DNA of 64,000 bases, from the IMG/VR virus record IMGVR_UViG_3300001525_000075, positions 15,144 to 79,143 of that record; one strand, given 5' to 3'. Below are positions 13,473 to 24,444 of the stretch, piece by piece. A program made the position numbers and the translations under genes. Source of the DNA: a virus. Its lineage: Duplodnaviria; Caudoviricetes. The notes beneath the pieces are model-generated. The model did not search any database. It was not told the origin of the DNA and saw only the letters and a program-made list of their open reading frames with translations. Each line of letters begins with the position of its first letter. Position 1 is the stretch's first letter.

Positions 13473-15260
13473 ATGTCAATTAATAAAAACATTTCAGTTT
13501 GGAGGGGTAATTCTTCCCCTCCAACTGATTTTCATTTATGGGAATTGCCTGATGGCACATTAAAGTCATTTGTTGATAACAAATGGCAAGTGATAATATC
13601 TCCTGAGATATTAGATAAGATTAAAAATAATATTTTAGATTTAGGTACTTTTAATACATCAGGTGAAGCAGAAGCTTATGCTGCTAAATCTGAAATTTGT
13701 AGAAATACTAATGCTTTACTATTGCTTTACAAAGTAGGTAATGCTAACGGTATTATTATCCAACAAGTTGGAGAAAATAATACTTATCAAAAATTAATTT
13801 GGAAGAATACACAATATTCAAGATTGATTCCTGTTAATTCTGAACCCAAAGCTTGGACTCAGACTAATATGGATACATTAAAATGGAATTCTAGTGAAAA
13901 TAAGTATGATTTCTATTATTTAGATAAAAAAGTAAGTGGTCATACAGATTCTATTCCTAATGCAGATTCTTCTAAAAATGGATTATTAAATGTATCTAAT
14001 ACAGATATTTTATCGCAAGTAAATTCTGACGGAGATTAGGATATACAATTATAGATTAACGGTGTTACTAAAAGTAAAGTAAGAATTCAAGGTTTAGATA
14101 ATAGTACTAAATCTTTAATTAATAATTCTTTAAATTCTTTAATAGTAACTTCTGAAGATAAAAGTACTAAAATAGTATATACTATTAAAGGTAAAACTAA
14201 TTCAGATTCTTATACTACACCTTATACTATAGATGTACCTAAAGATACTTCTATTAAAACTGTAGAATTAGCTGATACTAATGCCACAGTAGATTTAAAT
14301 GGTAATATAATTCCAGGTTCTCCTCTTGGTGAAACAGCATTAAGTATTGTTTACATTCTTGCTGATCAATCTTATAAGATTGTTAATATAAATCTTTCTA
14401 AATTTATAGAAGAAGCTGAATTTAAAGATGGGTTACAAGTAGTCGATCATAAGGTTAGTGTAAAACTAGATTCTAGTACAGAACCTTATATTTCTGTATC
14501 ATCTGACGGAATTAAATTATCAGGAATTAAAGATACTGTAGATAAAATGAGTAGTATATATAATGGAAATCCTGAATTGGTTACACCTACTTTAAGTGGT
14601 AATTGGAAAATCTATAAAAATGACGGTGTTACTGAAGTGACAGGATTATCATTTCCTATAGAACAAGGTTATAAAGCACAATATACAGGAACTTGGAAAT
14701 GGAATACTGTGAGTGGTAAAAAAGATCCCATAAGTACTTCAGGTTCTTGGGGTACAACTTTACCTGCTTCGGGAGTAAATTCCAGTACTTATACTTCACC
14801 TGTATATACATCTAGTGCTACTATATCTCAAACTATTTATGCTCCTAAATATGGATTAATGGTTAGTGGTTCTAACGTAGTTCCTGCAAGTGGTAATGAT
14901 TCTAAATCAGCTAGTACTTCTTGTTCATTCTCTACCAAAGTATTTTACGGAGTTAATACTAATAATTCAGCGTCGGGAGATGTGACTACTATATTAAATA
15001 CACTTACTTCTACTTTAGGTGGAAAAGCTAGAACTGTTAATAACGTAACTGCCGACACTTCTAACTATTACTGGTATTCTTATCCTAAATCTTTAGGAGT
15101 CTTAACATCAATTATTCAAAATGGTGCTGCTCCTATTTTAGAAGATTTTAATAAATATGAAGTATCTTATACAAGTAATTCGGGAGCTACTTTTGATTAT
15201 TATTTGTATATATCTAAGAATAAAGGTGCTTTTAGTAATGTTTCACTTAAATTTGAATAA
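13473..15260 (+). CDS. Virion structural/fibre-like protein, 595 aa (TAG=Gln)
   Basis: Track ORFs 13473..14039 and 14547..15260 are joined in frame through two TAGs; S/T/G-rich beta-type C-terminal domain. Confidence 0.75.
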
Positions 15261-15262
15261 TT

Positions 15263-15790
15263 ATGGCAAAATATCCAGGAACATTAGAAACTAACAATAT
15301 TAATGAATATGGTATTGTTAAAGCAGATCAAATTTAGGGTCATAGAGTTGTAGAAAATTTTTCCGATTTAACTAAACTAACTCCTGCGCAAGTAAGTATA
15401 GATAAAACTAACGATAGTAGCAAGGGGTCAATATGGTATTCAAAAAATGATAATCAATTTTATTATTTAGGTGGAACTTGGGATAACGGGAGTCCAACTA
15501 ATATTAACAATTGGCATCCTGTTTTAACTTTTTTAGCCACGACTCCTTACGGTTATGTCAAAAATTATGAACCGATTCAATATATATTAGGACGTTCAGA
15601 AAAGATAAATATTCATGGGATTAACACAATTAACGGTTTTATGTTTGATGGCTCAGCAGCTGACTCTGTTTTAACTAAATCCCAAATAGAAAATTTAATG
15701 TCAACATACGTAAATCCTTCTGATTACTTACAAATGAGTAATTATTTAACTGAATCTGATATTAATAACATAATAGCAAATTGTGTATAA
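15263..15790 (+). CDS. Small fibre/adaptor-like protein, 175 aa (TAG=Gln)
   Basis: ATG at 15263, one TAG, TAA at 15788. Missed by the track. Ends in TESDINNII, a motif also seen at the ends of downstream fibre genes. Confidence 0.65.
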
Positions 15791-16671
15791 TGAAAATAAG
15801 CATAATAATGTCTGCATATAATGCAGAAATGACAATAAGAAAAGCGATTGATTCTTGTTTAAATCAAACGCATGATGATATAGAATTAATAATAATTGAT
15901 GATTGTTCTACAGATAAAACTAGAGAAATAATCAATTCTTATAATGATGATAGAATAATTCTAGTAACTCATGAAACTAATATGGGTGCAGGATGGGCTA
16001 GACATGATGGATTAAAGAAAGTTACAGGAGATTATGTTACTTTTTGTGATTCTGATGATTGGTATGATCTTACTTATATAGAAGATGTATTAAAATACAC
16101 AGAACACGAAGGTATTCCTGTAGATATTATTTCTTGTGGTATGAGAATACACAAAGACGATAAAGTTATAGATCGAATGCCTGATGAAGTATTTCTAACA
16201 GATAACCTGTTTCATACTGATAAAGCTGATACTTGCAGATTTATGAATTTATCTTTTATTAAAAAAGAATTGTGGGATAAAGTTAAATATAGTACTAGAA
16301 GATATATTGAAGATTCTCCTACTTGGATTAAAATAATAGCTTTAGCTAAAAATAGATTGGTAGTTCCTTGTATCGGATACCATTATTATCAAAGAGCTGA
16401 TTCTTTAATTCACACGGCATCTCCTTATAAAACAGGAATATTTCAAGTATTATGTGCTATTGACACTTATAAATGGTTTAAAGAAAATAATTTAAAATCT
16501 CAAATAGATTTTAAAACAGTATTATGGAAATTAATTGAAAACAATTTTAATACATTTTCTTTAAATGATTTTAATCTTACATCTGAAGTAAAAGAAATTC
16601 AAGATTTTATTAACGATGAAATTAAAAATTTATTATGTCTGAACGAAAATACTTAGATGAATCGGGCTTAA
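15790..16671 (+). CDS. Glycosyltransferase family 2 (GT-A fold), 293 aa
   Basis: KISIIMSAYNAE...IRKAIDSCLNQT...IELIIIDDCSTD, GAGWARHDGL, GDYVTFCDSDD (DxD) and IED motifs. TAG at 16654 read through to TAA at 16669. Confidence 0.93.
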
Positions 16672-18557
16672 AACAGGTATTTAAATATATTACTGATTCG
16701 ACTGAAGGTTATACATATTGTACATATTGGTTTGAGAGCACATATCTAAAAAACACTACAATATCTTTAATAGATAATTTATTAAAGAAAAAATTGATAT
16801 CTCAACCTATATATTTAACACAAACTGATGGATCGATAAATAATCTTTCACAGTATTCTTTGGAAACTAATTTTTCTCCAGGTGATAGAACTATTCCTAA
16901 TTTTCTTGTTTATAGTCTTAATAGCAACGATTCAGTTGGTATTTCACCAATGTCTTTATATTAGGCTGGTACAAATTCAACAGTTGGAATATATAATTAC
17001 GCTGATAAAATACGTAATGTTTCAGGTGATTCAGATAAATGTATTACTACTGCTGGAATTGCTCTTGGTTCAAATCTCAATCGAAATTATATTAAACAGC
17101 CATTGTTTTATTTAAATAATTAGGATAGATGTGTAAAACCTTATTTTCCTTATATAAAAGAAACTCAGTATAAATCTGATCCCAAAATATTAGGATATAC
17201 AGAATTTTATCCTGATAGTGGAGATCCGATATTTAGTCTCCTTCAACCTAGTGAAGTATTTAAAATAAATACAAATAATGAGGATATTGAATACTATGGT
17301 AAATTACAATTTGCCAACCGAGATAATTACATAATTCTTAGAAAGAATCCAACAAGTGTTTCTACCACACAATATCGTTTTGGAAATAATTCTTCAAATT
17401 TGAAGAAAACTACCACAATGGTTATTACTTATAAGACTGCAAGTGTAGAATATACAGGAACTTATTCTACAAGCGTTTCTTATGAACATGATAAAGAAGT
17501 AGTTAAAGCATTATTAGCAAATTCTACAATTGCGTCTGATTGGGAAGTTGATTCTACAGGTACGATTTTGATAGCAAAAAATAGTAATGTAGAAGATTTT
17601 AACATAGCTTTTAAAAGTGCATTAGATACCGTTTCTCCATTTGCTTGGCAGAAGAGTACAACTACTGTAACTAAAAATGTGTTATTACAATCTGCAATTA
17701 ATACTGCTAATGCAATATACGAAATACGATATGATTTTGATTTAAATGATCAAACTATTAATTTACCTGATAATTGTGTATTATATTTTAAAGGTGGTAC
17801 ATTTAATAATGGTACTTTAACTTTAAATGATGCTTATGTTGATTATAAAGATAAAGCATTTAATAACATAACGTTTTCAGGTAATTATAAGAGTGAGGAC
17901 AATAAATTAGGTTACGGAGCATATCTTAAATTAAAAGATGGAAGTTTAATTAAATCTGATAGCAATTTTAAAAATACTTATTCGTCAAATGAAGTAATAG
18001 GAATTGTATGTAAAACTAAAGATATTAATTTACTTATTCCTGCTACAACTTTAAAATCAGCTTATTTCTGTAATGGAACTTCAACTTGTTCTGATGTAAG
18101 TACTATTGCAACAGCTAATATCGCTACTACTTATTTTGATGGATATAGTACTACTAATTTATTAAAAAATAAATTAACTGCTGATTCTAATTGGGCTGTG
18201 AATTTAGCATATAATACCATGTTAGATGGCAGACATTGTTGGCTTCCTTCGATGGGTGAGCTAATGAATATTGTATCATTAAAGGATGAAATTGCAATCA
18301 TACTTAATAAATTAGGAATTACTTGGAATTTTAATGAAATTTGGTCTAGTGCTTTAGCAACATTAAAAGATGGTACTGAATATATAAATTATGTATATGG
18401 ATATTATTGGAAAACTAATGCTTATGATGGGTTTAATTGTCAAGGAGCTTATACAGTATTACCTGTTACAACAGCAGAAGGTTCTGATTATCATCAAATG
18501 ATTGATTATTTAACTCAATCTGATATAATAGGTATTGTTCAAAATAATATTAATTGA
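16635..18557 (+). CDS. Tail fibre/receptor-binding-like protein with C-terminal C-type-lectin-like (DUF1566-like) domain, 640 aa (TAG=Gln)
   Basis: Track ORFs 16635 and 17400 joined via two TAGs. N-terminal KYLDESGL adaptor-like motif; YEIRYDFDLNDQTINLPDNCVLYFKGG segment; WLPSMGEL...IWSS C-terminal motif. Confidence 0.65.
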
Positions 18558-18559
18558 TT

Positions 18560-20230
18560 ATGGAATTTGTAACAAAATCAAATTTAACTAAATATACCAC
18601 TTATCTAAATGAATATTTAAAGAAATATTATTAGCATTTAGATATTAATGGGTATCAACAACAACCTAATATTACTGGAACTACTGTAGGAACATCAGGT
18701 AATGATAATTATTTAAGAGCTTCTATTCCTACAGGAACTACAGGTGAAAATTCACCCAATTGGTATTATGCTACTGATGGTAGTTTGTAGGATATTAGTA
18801 CTAAAACTGTTGCTTCTGCTGATAAATTGAGTAATACTGTTAAAATATGGGGTAACGATTTTGATGGTAGTAGTGATATTGACGGGGATATAACAATTAA
18901 CGGTTCTATTATTGCATCCGACTCGCAATTAATTGACCTTGGTCTCACAAGTGGTACACTTTGGATGGACAGAAATGTAGGTGCAAGTAGTCCAGAAGAT
19001 GCAGGTTTATATTTTGCTTGGGGTGAAACAACTGGTTATACTGCTGATGAAGTTGGTAAGACAAAACAGTTCAGTTGGGATGATTATAAGTATGGAAATA
19101 GTCTGACTAAGTATAATAAGACTGATGGTTTAACCACTTTGGAAACTACTGATGATGCGGTATTGCAGAATGTGCATAAGTACAGTATGCCTACTAAGGA
19201 GCAGATAGTTGAGCTTATCAAGGAAACTGATGTGTATTGCATTAAGGCAGATGGCACTGAAGTACATGGCACATATCAAGAAGGCACTGGTGCAGGTGGC
19301 CGAATGATTGCTTGGGATAGTGAAATCGGTGATGATGAGCAGCTTAACGGTATTGAGTTTAGAAAGAAAACGGATAATTCAATCAAGGTTTTCGTTCCTT
19401 GTGCAGGCAATGGCTATGAAGGCTCTATGTACGATGTTGGCTTGAGTTGTTTCTTGTGGGCTAGCTCTTTGAATGGGGATGGTCCTTACGATGCTTGGAG
19501 CTTGGGCTTCTATTACCGTGGTGGCTACTGTGTCAGCGGCAACGGTCGCTGTATCGGTCTTCCTGTGCGAGGTGTGGCAACACCAGTAGAAGGTTCTAAA
19601 ACATATACTCTTCCTTCATCAAGTGGTACATTAGCTTTAGACAACGTAGCTAGTACAACCTCTAATGGATTAATGAGTTCTGAGGATAAAACTAATTTAG
19701 ATGATCATTTAAAAAACTATGATAATCCTCATAAAGTCACTAAGAATCAGATAAATTTAGGCAATGTAGATAACACATCAGATTCTTAGAAAAATGTATT
19801 ATCTGCAACTAAATTAACTACAGTAAGAACCATTTGGGGACAATCGTTTGACGGAACTGCTAATATTTCAGGTGATGCTACATATTTAATGAGCATTAAT
19901 AATTCTGATGGTGATTCTGTTACTAGTATTAATAACGAACCTTCTAATACTAATCATTTTATACAGTTTGGTAAATAGAATCGAGATTATGTATTATGGA
20001 ATGAATACGGAGGGATTTGGAAATTTAATAGTGGAACCAACGGGGCTAATTTCCTTGTTCAATTAGGAAATACTAATTATTTTGCTAATAATATAGGTGT
20101 TGGAACAAGTTCTCCTTCGGAATCTATTCATACAACAGGAAATGTAAAAGCTTCTGAATATAAATTAACTGATGGTTCTGTTTACGCTGAACCTAGTACT
20201 ACTGATGACATAAATACTTTGTTTGAATGA
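18560..20230 (+). CDS. Tail fibre with an internal Fib_succ_major/C-type-lectin-like domain, 556 aa (TAG=Gln)
   Basis: ATG at 18560, in frame with track ORF 18827, TGA at 20228. Two IWGxxFDG shaft repeats flank DLGLTSGTLWMDRNVGASSPEDAGLYFAWGE...LPVRGV. Confidence 0.75.
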
Positions 20231-22212
20231 AATATGTATCTAAAGACAATCTGACACAATATGATTCTTTAATTAAAGAATATATTAAAAATAGAACTCA
20301 AGATATTGATGATATTTTCAGTTATGGTGTAACTTGGAAAGTTAATCAAGCAGATCCTCATGTTACTAGAATAGGAAATATGAATTATCACAAAACTCTT
20401 CCTATTCAAAGTAATATGAGAGGATGTATTGTTCAATTTACAAGTGGTAAACCTTCAGTTCAATATTATTTAAATCCTGATGATTGGAGATTTATGCCAA
20501 GTGGTAAAGCTGTGACAATTACAAGCTATACTAGAACTGATAATACTATAACAAATACTACATATTTTTCAGATCATAAATATGAATATTCTTGGATTAA
20601 ATATTATAATTCAGATAATTCAAGTTATACTGAAATGTGGATTGGTAGTATTGATATTAGTACAGGTACCGCAACATTATATGCTGATGAAGATAAAAAT
20701 ACTATAGATGACTCAGTTTGGTTAAGTTCAAACCCTAAAATAGAATTGGGAACTTCTCTTAATGGATTTGACGGTCAGGTTATGGTAGAAATTCCTGAAT
20801 TTTGGATTAAATCTAAACAAACTGATACAGATAATGAAGTTAGAATTTATACTGCGCCTGTAGTTGAAAATTTAACGCATTAGAAGAAATGTTATCTTGC
20901 AGCATATCACATGAGTACTTTAAATAGTGCTGTAACGAATTGGGGTTATCTTAGTACATTTAAATCATTTCCTGTTGGTTTAAGTATTAAAAATTATAAT
21001 TCTGCTTGTAGAGGTGGAAATCGTAATACACATTATGAAAATACTAATAGATATAGATGTACTTTAGGTAAACCTGCAACAAGCTATAACCGTACTCAAG
21101 TTAGAACATATTGTAGATATAGTAATATTGAGAATATGAACTATGTTCAATACAAAAATATATTGGTTTGGTTATGGGTTATTGAATATGCTAATAGATA
21201 CTCACAAGAAACTTTTAATTCTTCCTTGACAACTGAAGGTTATCATCAAGGAGGTATGGGAGCAGGTGTGTCAATAGTAGGAAATTGGAATTATTTAAAT
21301 GAACAAAATCCTTGTATTACCAATGGATTTACTGATTCGTTAGGTAACAATTCAGGTTATATTACAGCTACTATTCCTTCGTTTGATTATACAAAATATT
21401 CTATTTGGTTTAATTCAATGGCTACAAATGGAAATGTTGTAGTATCTAGTAACGGAAGTAATAATTCTAAAGTAATTACTCAAGTGAAAGCGGTTACTAA
21501 TTATGCATTTTATCATAATCCTGATAATGTTTGGGGAACTACAACTTATGTTATTAGTGGATTAACTGATGGACAAAGTGTATATTTCAGAGAAGGAAGT
21601 GGATTTACTACAGCTAATACAATATTAGAAGTAACTGAAGATGGTACTTATGACGTGTCTTGGCAAGGTTATAATACAGGTGGACAGAAGGGGGTATCTT
21701 TTGGTAAAGAACAAACTAGTTGTAATATTACAATTTATAATTCTAAACAAACAACAGCTGTTGTAACACAATCTCAACAAACTGTTCAAGTACCTAGATG
21801 GAGAGGTATAGAACAACCTTTTGGTGATATTTGGAATAGTATTGAAGGTGTTGCATTTGTAGTAGAAAATAGAAAAAAGAATATGTATTATACTACAGAT
21901 CCTGACAAATATGTTGATTCTAATTTCTCTACAAATATGGAATTTCATGGTGAAATTCCACAGACTTCATATTGGATTTCTGAAATTGATTTATAGGAGA
22001 GCGCAGAAATAATTCCTAAAGCAGCTTGTAATAGCTCTAATACTTATTATACAGACTTTATTTGGGGGAATAATTCTACTAGTTGTGGTTTGTTGGTGGG
22101 TGTCAACGCCTGGGACGGGGCTCAGGGCGGCCTTTTCGGTTTCTTTTCGCGTTTCGGCGTTGGTCTTTCTTGGTCGCTTGTCGGGTTTCGCCCTTCGTAT
22201 GAACTTTCATAA
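20227..22212 (+). CDS. DGR target: receptor-binding fibre with C-terminal CLec-fold variable region, 661 aa (TAG=Gln)
   Basis: Track ORFs 20227 and 20911 plus the tail are joined by TAGs at 20881 and 21994. Ends ...VGVNAWDGAQGGLFGFFSRFGVGLSWSLVGFRPSYELS-TAA, which contains the VR. Confidence 0.88.
22084..22196 (+). repeat. DGR variable repeat (VR), 113 nt
   Basis: Ungapped alignment to 22344-22456 (offset 260) with 13 mismatches; lies in the last ~38 codons of the target gene. Confidence 0.9.
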
Positions 22213-22225
22213 AACTGTTTTGCTG

Positions 22226-22245
22226 AAAATTAAATTTTTAATTTT
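22226..22245 (+). other. Inverted repeat downstream of VR (candidate DGR homing hairpin)
   Basis: AAAATTAA-ATTT-TTAATTTT, 14 nt after the target stop. The position matches VR-downstream hairpins of characterised DGRs, but it is pure A/T and could be chance. Confidence 0.4.
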
Positions 22246-22254
22246 ATTGTAAAA

Positions 22255-22286
22255 TTTGTGTATATCTCGAAAATATAATACCTTAG
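22255..22286 (+). promoter_or_regulatory. Putative Bacteroidota-type promoter for the TR-RT transcript
   Basis: TTTG-N20-TAccTTAG, one mismatch to the TTTG-N19-21-TAnnTTTG consensus, ~60 nt upstream of the TR. Confidence 0.45.
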
Positions 22287-22343
22287 TAAATGTGAGTTAA
22301 TCACACGGTTGCTACTGACAGTAAACTTGTGTCACATCAAAAG

Positions 22344-22456
22344 TGTGGTTTGTTGGTGGGTGCCAACGCCTAGAGCGGAGCTCATTGCGGCCTTTTCGCT
22401 TTCTATTCGCATTACGACGTTGGTCGTTCTTGGTCGCTTGTCGGGTTTCGCCCTTC
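22344..22456 (+). repeat. DGR template repeat (TR) position, non-coding
   Basis: Second copy of the repeat, lying between the target gene and the RT. Preceded by nested stems (CACAC/GTGTG, TGACA/TGTCA) and followed by ACCTTACCTCTTGGTAAAA (22509-22527), which resembles the post-TR segment I recall from Bacteroidota DGRs. 7 of the 13 differences from VR are at TR adenines. Confidence 0.8.
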
Positions 22457-22661
22457 CTAAAAGTAGTCTATAAAAATCGTTACCGTAGGGTTAGATAAGT
22501 GCAGTAGAACCTTACCTCTTGGTAAAAAATAAAGTTTACAGTGGGTGTAGATCCTAGTAGAGAAATCGAAAGGGTGTTAAACACTACTTCAATAATATAT
22601 AATTAAAAAATAGACTACTTTAAGACAATTCATTTTATTAACTAAATAAATTTTAAAAGTT

Positions 22662-23921
22662 ATCAAGCGCATTGGTAATTTAATGCCTCGTCTATGTTAC
22701 ACTTGGAATCTAGAAAATTCAGATTTACAAGCAAGAAGAGGTAAAAAATGTAAGAGAGCTATAATTGAACATTCACTTGTAGCTGATGAACACTATAAGG
22801 AGTTAATAAATAAGTTTCAAACAGGAACTTATAAAACATCTCCTTATAGTCTTTTTAAGATATATGAACCCAAGGAACGTATTATTTATAGACTACCATA
22901 TTATCCTGATCGACTGACACACCATGCAATTATGTCAGTCGTGAAGGATTTATGGATTAAACAATTTATACCTAATACTTACAGTTGTGTTCCGGATAGA
23001 GGAATTACAAAAGTGGTTCATGATTTAAAAAGAGATTTATATAGATATGAATGGAGAACAACTTATTGTTTAAAATTAGATATAACTAAATTTTATCCCT
23101 CTGTTAATCATCAGATTCTAAAAGATATTCTTGCTAAAAAGATTAAAGATAAACAATTTTTAGCATTACTTGGAGAAATTATCGATTCGGTTAATGATTA
23201 TGTTCCTCAAAAAGGAACAGGAATTCCAATAGGTAATTATTTATCTCAATATTTTTCTAATCTTTATTTGACTTATTTTGACCGATGGTGTAAAGAAACT
23301 TTACATTGTAGATTTTATTATAGATATGCTGACGATATAGTGATACTATCGGATAGTAAAGAATTTTTACACAATTGTTTGAAACAAATCAAAGAATATT
23401 TAAAAGTTAATCTTAAACTCACAGTTAAATCAAATTATTAGGTGTTTCCTGTTGAAGCTAGAGGTATCGATTTTGTTGGTTATGTATTTAGACATAATTA
23501 CATAAAAGTGAGAAAGAAAACAAAAAAGAAAGTAATGCGTTTAGTTACCGCATTTCAACATAAGAAAATATGTAGAGATGTAATGTTTGATCATCTTGTA
23601 GCGTATTTAGGAATATTAAAATATGCTGACAGCAAGCATCTTCTAAAGAAAATTGAAGATATTACTAAAGTTCGTTACTCTAATTTCAAAGGTAAGTTAG
23701 ATAAAATTTCTAATTTTTATAATAGTGATTTAACCTATGTTATAGAGGCGATAGGACATCACAAGTATTATACCGTTAATTTTACATATAAATGTAAACC
23801 TTATACAGTAAAAAGTAGAAATGTTGATCAATGGTATGAATTAAAATGTGATATGAAATTACCTGAACTTTATTCTTTTAAAAAACATGAGAAACCCAAT
23901 TATACAAAAGTTTCAAGATAA
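22662..23921 (+). CDS. DGR-type reverse transcriptase, 419 aa from ATC 22662 (412 aa from ATG 22683), one internal TAG
   Basis: IYEPKERII..LPYYPDR..HHAI, LKLDITKFYPSV, GIPIGNYLSQ (DGR-type IGxxxSQ), YADD, then NY-TAG(Q)-VFPVEARGIDFVGY, where Gln fits the recalled QVFPV motif. Confidence 0.95.
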
Positions 23922-24243
23922 ACCTGATACATTTATTGATTTAGGAACTGGCGATTGGTATTATAATTATAATATTAATCAATGTGCTATGACAGTTTTT
24001 TCTAATATCGAATCTACAGAAGTATTCTCTGAAACTCCTGGATATGAATTTATTCAAGTTCGTATTTCAGGAAGACCTACATATGAAAAATGTGTAAGAG
24101 CGATTATTAGAGAGTATGTTACTATGGATGAAGAATTTGATCTTATTAATTCTTATAATAGAGATAATTCTAATGAAGAATATAAAGAATATCTTAAACT
24201 GTTAGAAGAAATTAAATCAAAAGTTAGAAAAGATTTTGATTAA
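23887..24243 (+). CDS. Small phage protein, possible fibre assembly chaperone, 118 aa
   Basis: Track ORF ending TAA. C-terminal DEEFDLINSY...EYKEYLKLLEEIKSKVRKD helix pattern resembles proteins seen next to phage fibre genes; the function is a guess. Confidence 0.6.
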   Translation: MRNPIIQKFQDKPDTFIDLGTGDWYYNYNINQCAMTVFSNIESTEVFSETPGYEFIQVRISGRPTYEKCVRAIIREYVTMDEEFDLINSYNRDNSNEEYKEYLKLLEEIKSKVRKDFD

Positions 24244-24270
24244 TCTAAAATAATAATTTAATTTAACACC

Positions 24271-24310
24271 ATAAAACCTCGGAATCTTAGGATTTCGGGG
24301 TTTTATTTTT
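24271..24310 (+). terminator. Rho-independent terminator closing the fibre-DGR unit
   Basis: AAAACCTCGGAATC-TTAG-GATTTCGGGGTTTT stem followed by ATTTTT. Confidence 0.8.
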
Positions 24311-24324
24311 ATATTTATTAAAAT

Positions 24325-24355
24325 TTTGTTTTATAATAATTAAATCATATATTGG
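24325..24355 (+). promoter_or_regulatory. Putative Bacteroidota-type promoter
   Basis: TTTG-N19-TAtaTTGG immediately after the terminator. Confidence 0.45.
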
Positions 24356-24444
24356 AGGAGTCATGACAAAATCGAACTTATAAATTTTAATCAGATAATT
24401 ATATAACAAGATTTCATTAGTTTAACATTTTTAATTTTTATTTT

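Noticed and set aside
22344-22459. Second repeat as the VR of a second target gene
   Set aside because: No credible upstream ORF; it is flanked by TR-type non-coding leader and trailer and lies directly before the RT.
22662-23921. RT as group II intron maturase, retron or Abi RT
   Set aside because: It has the IGNYLSQ motif and an adjacent VR/TR pair with a CLec target; I saw no group II domain V, maturase X domain or retron msr-msd.
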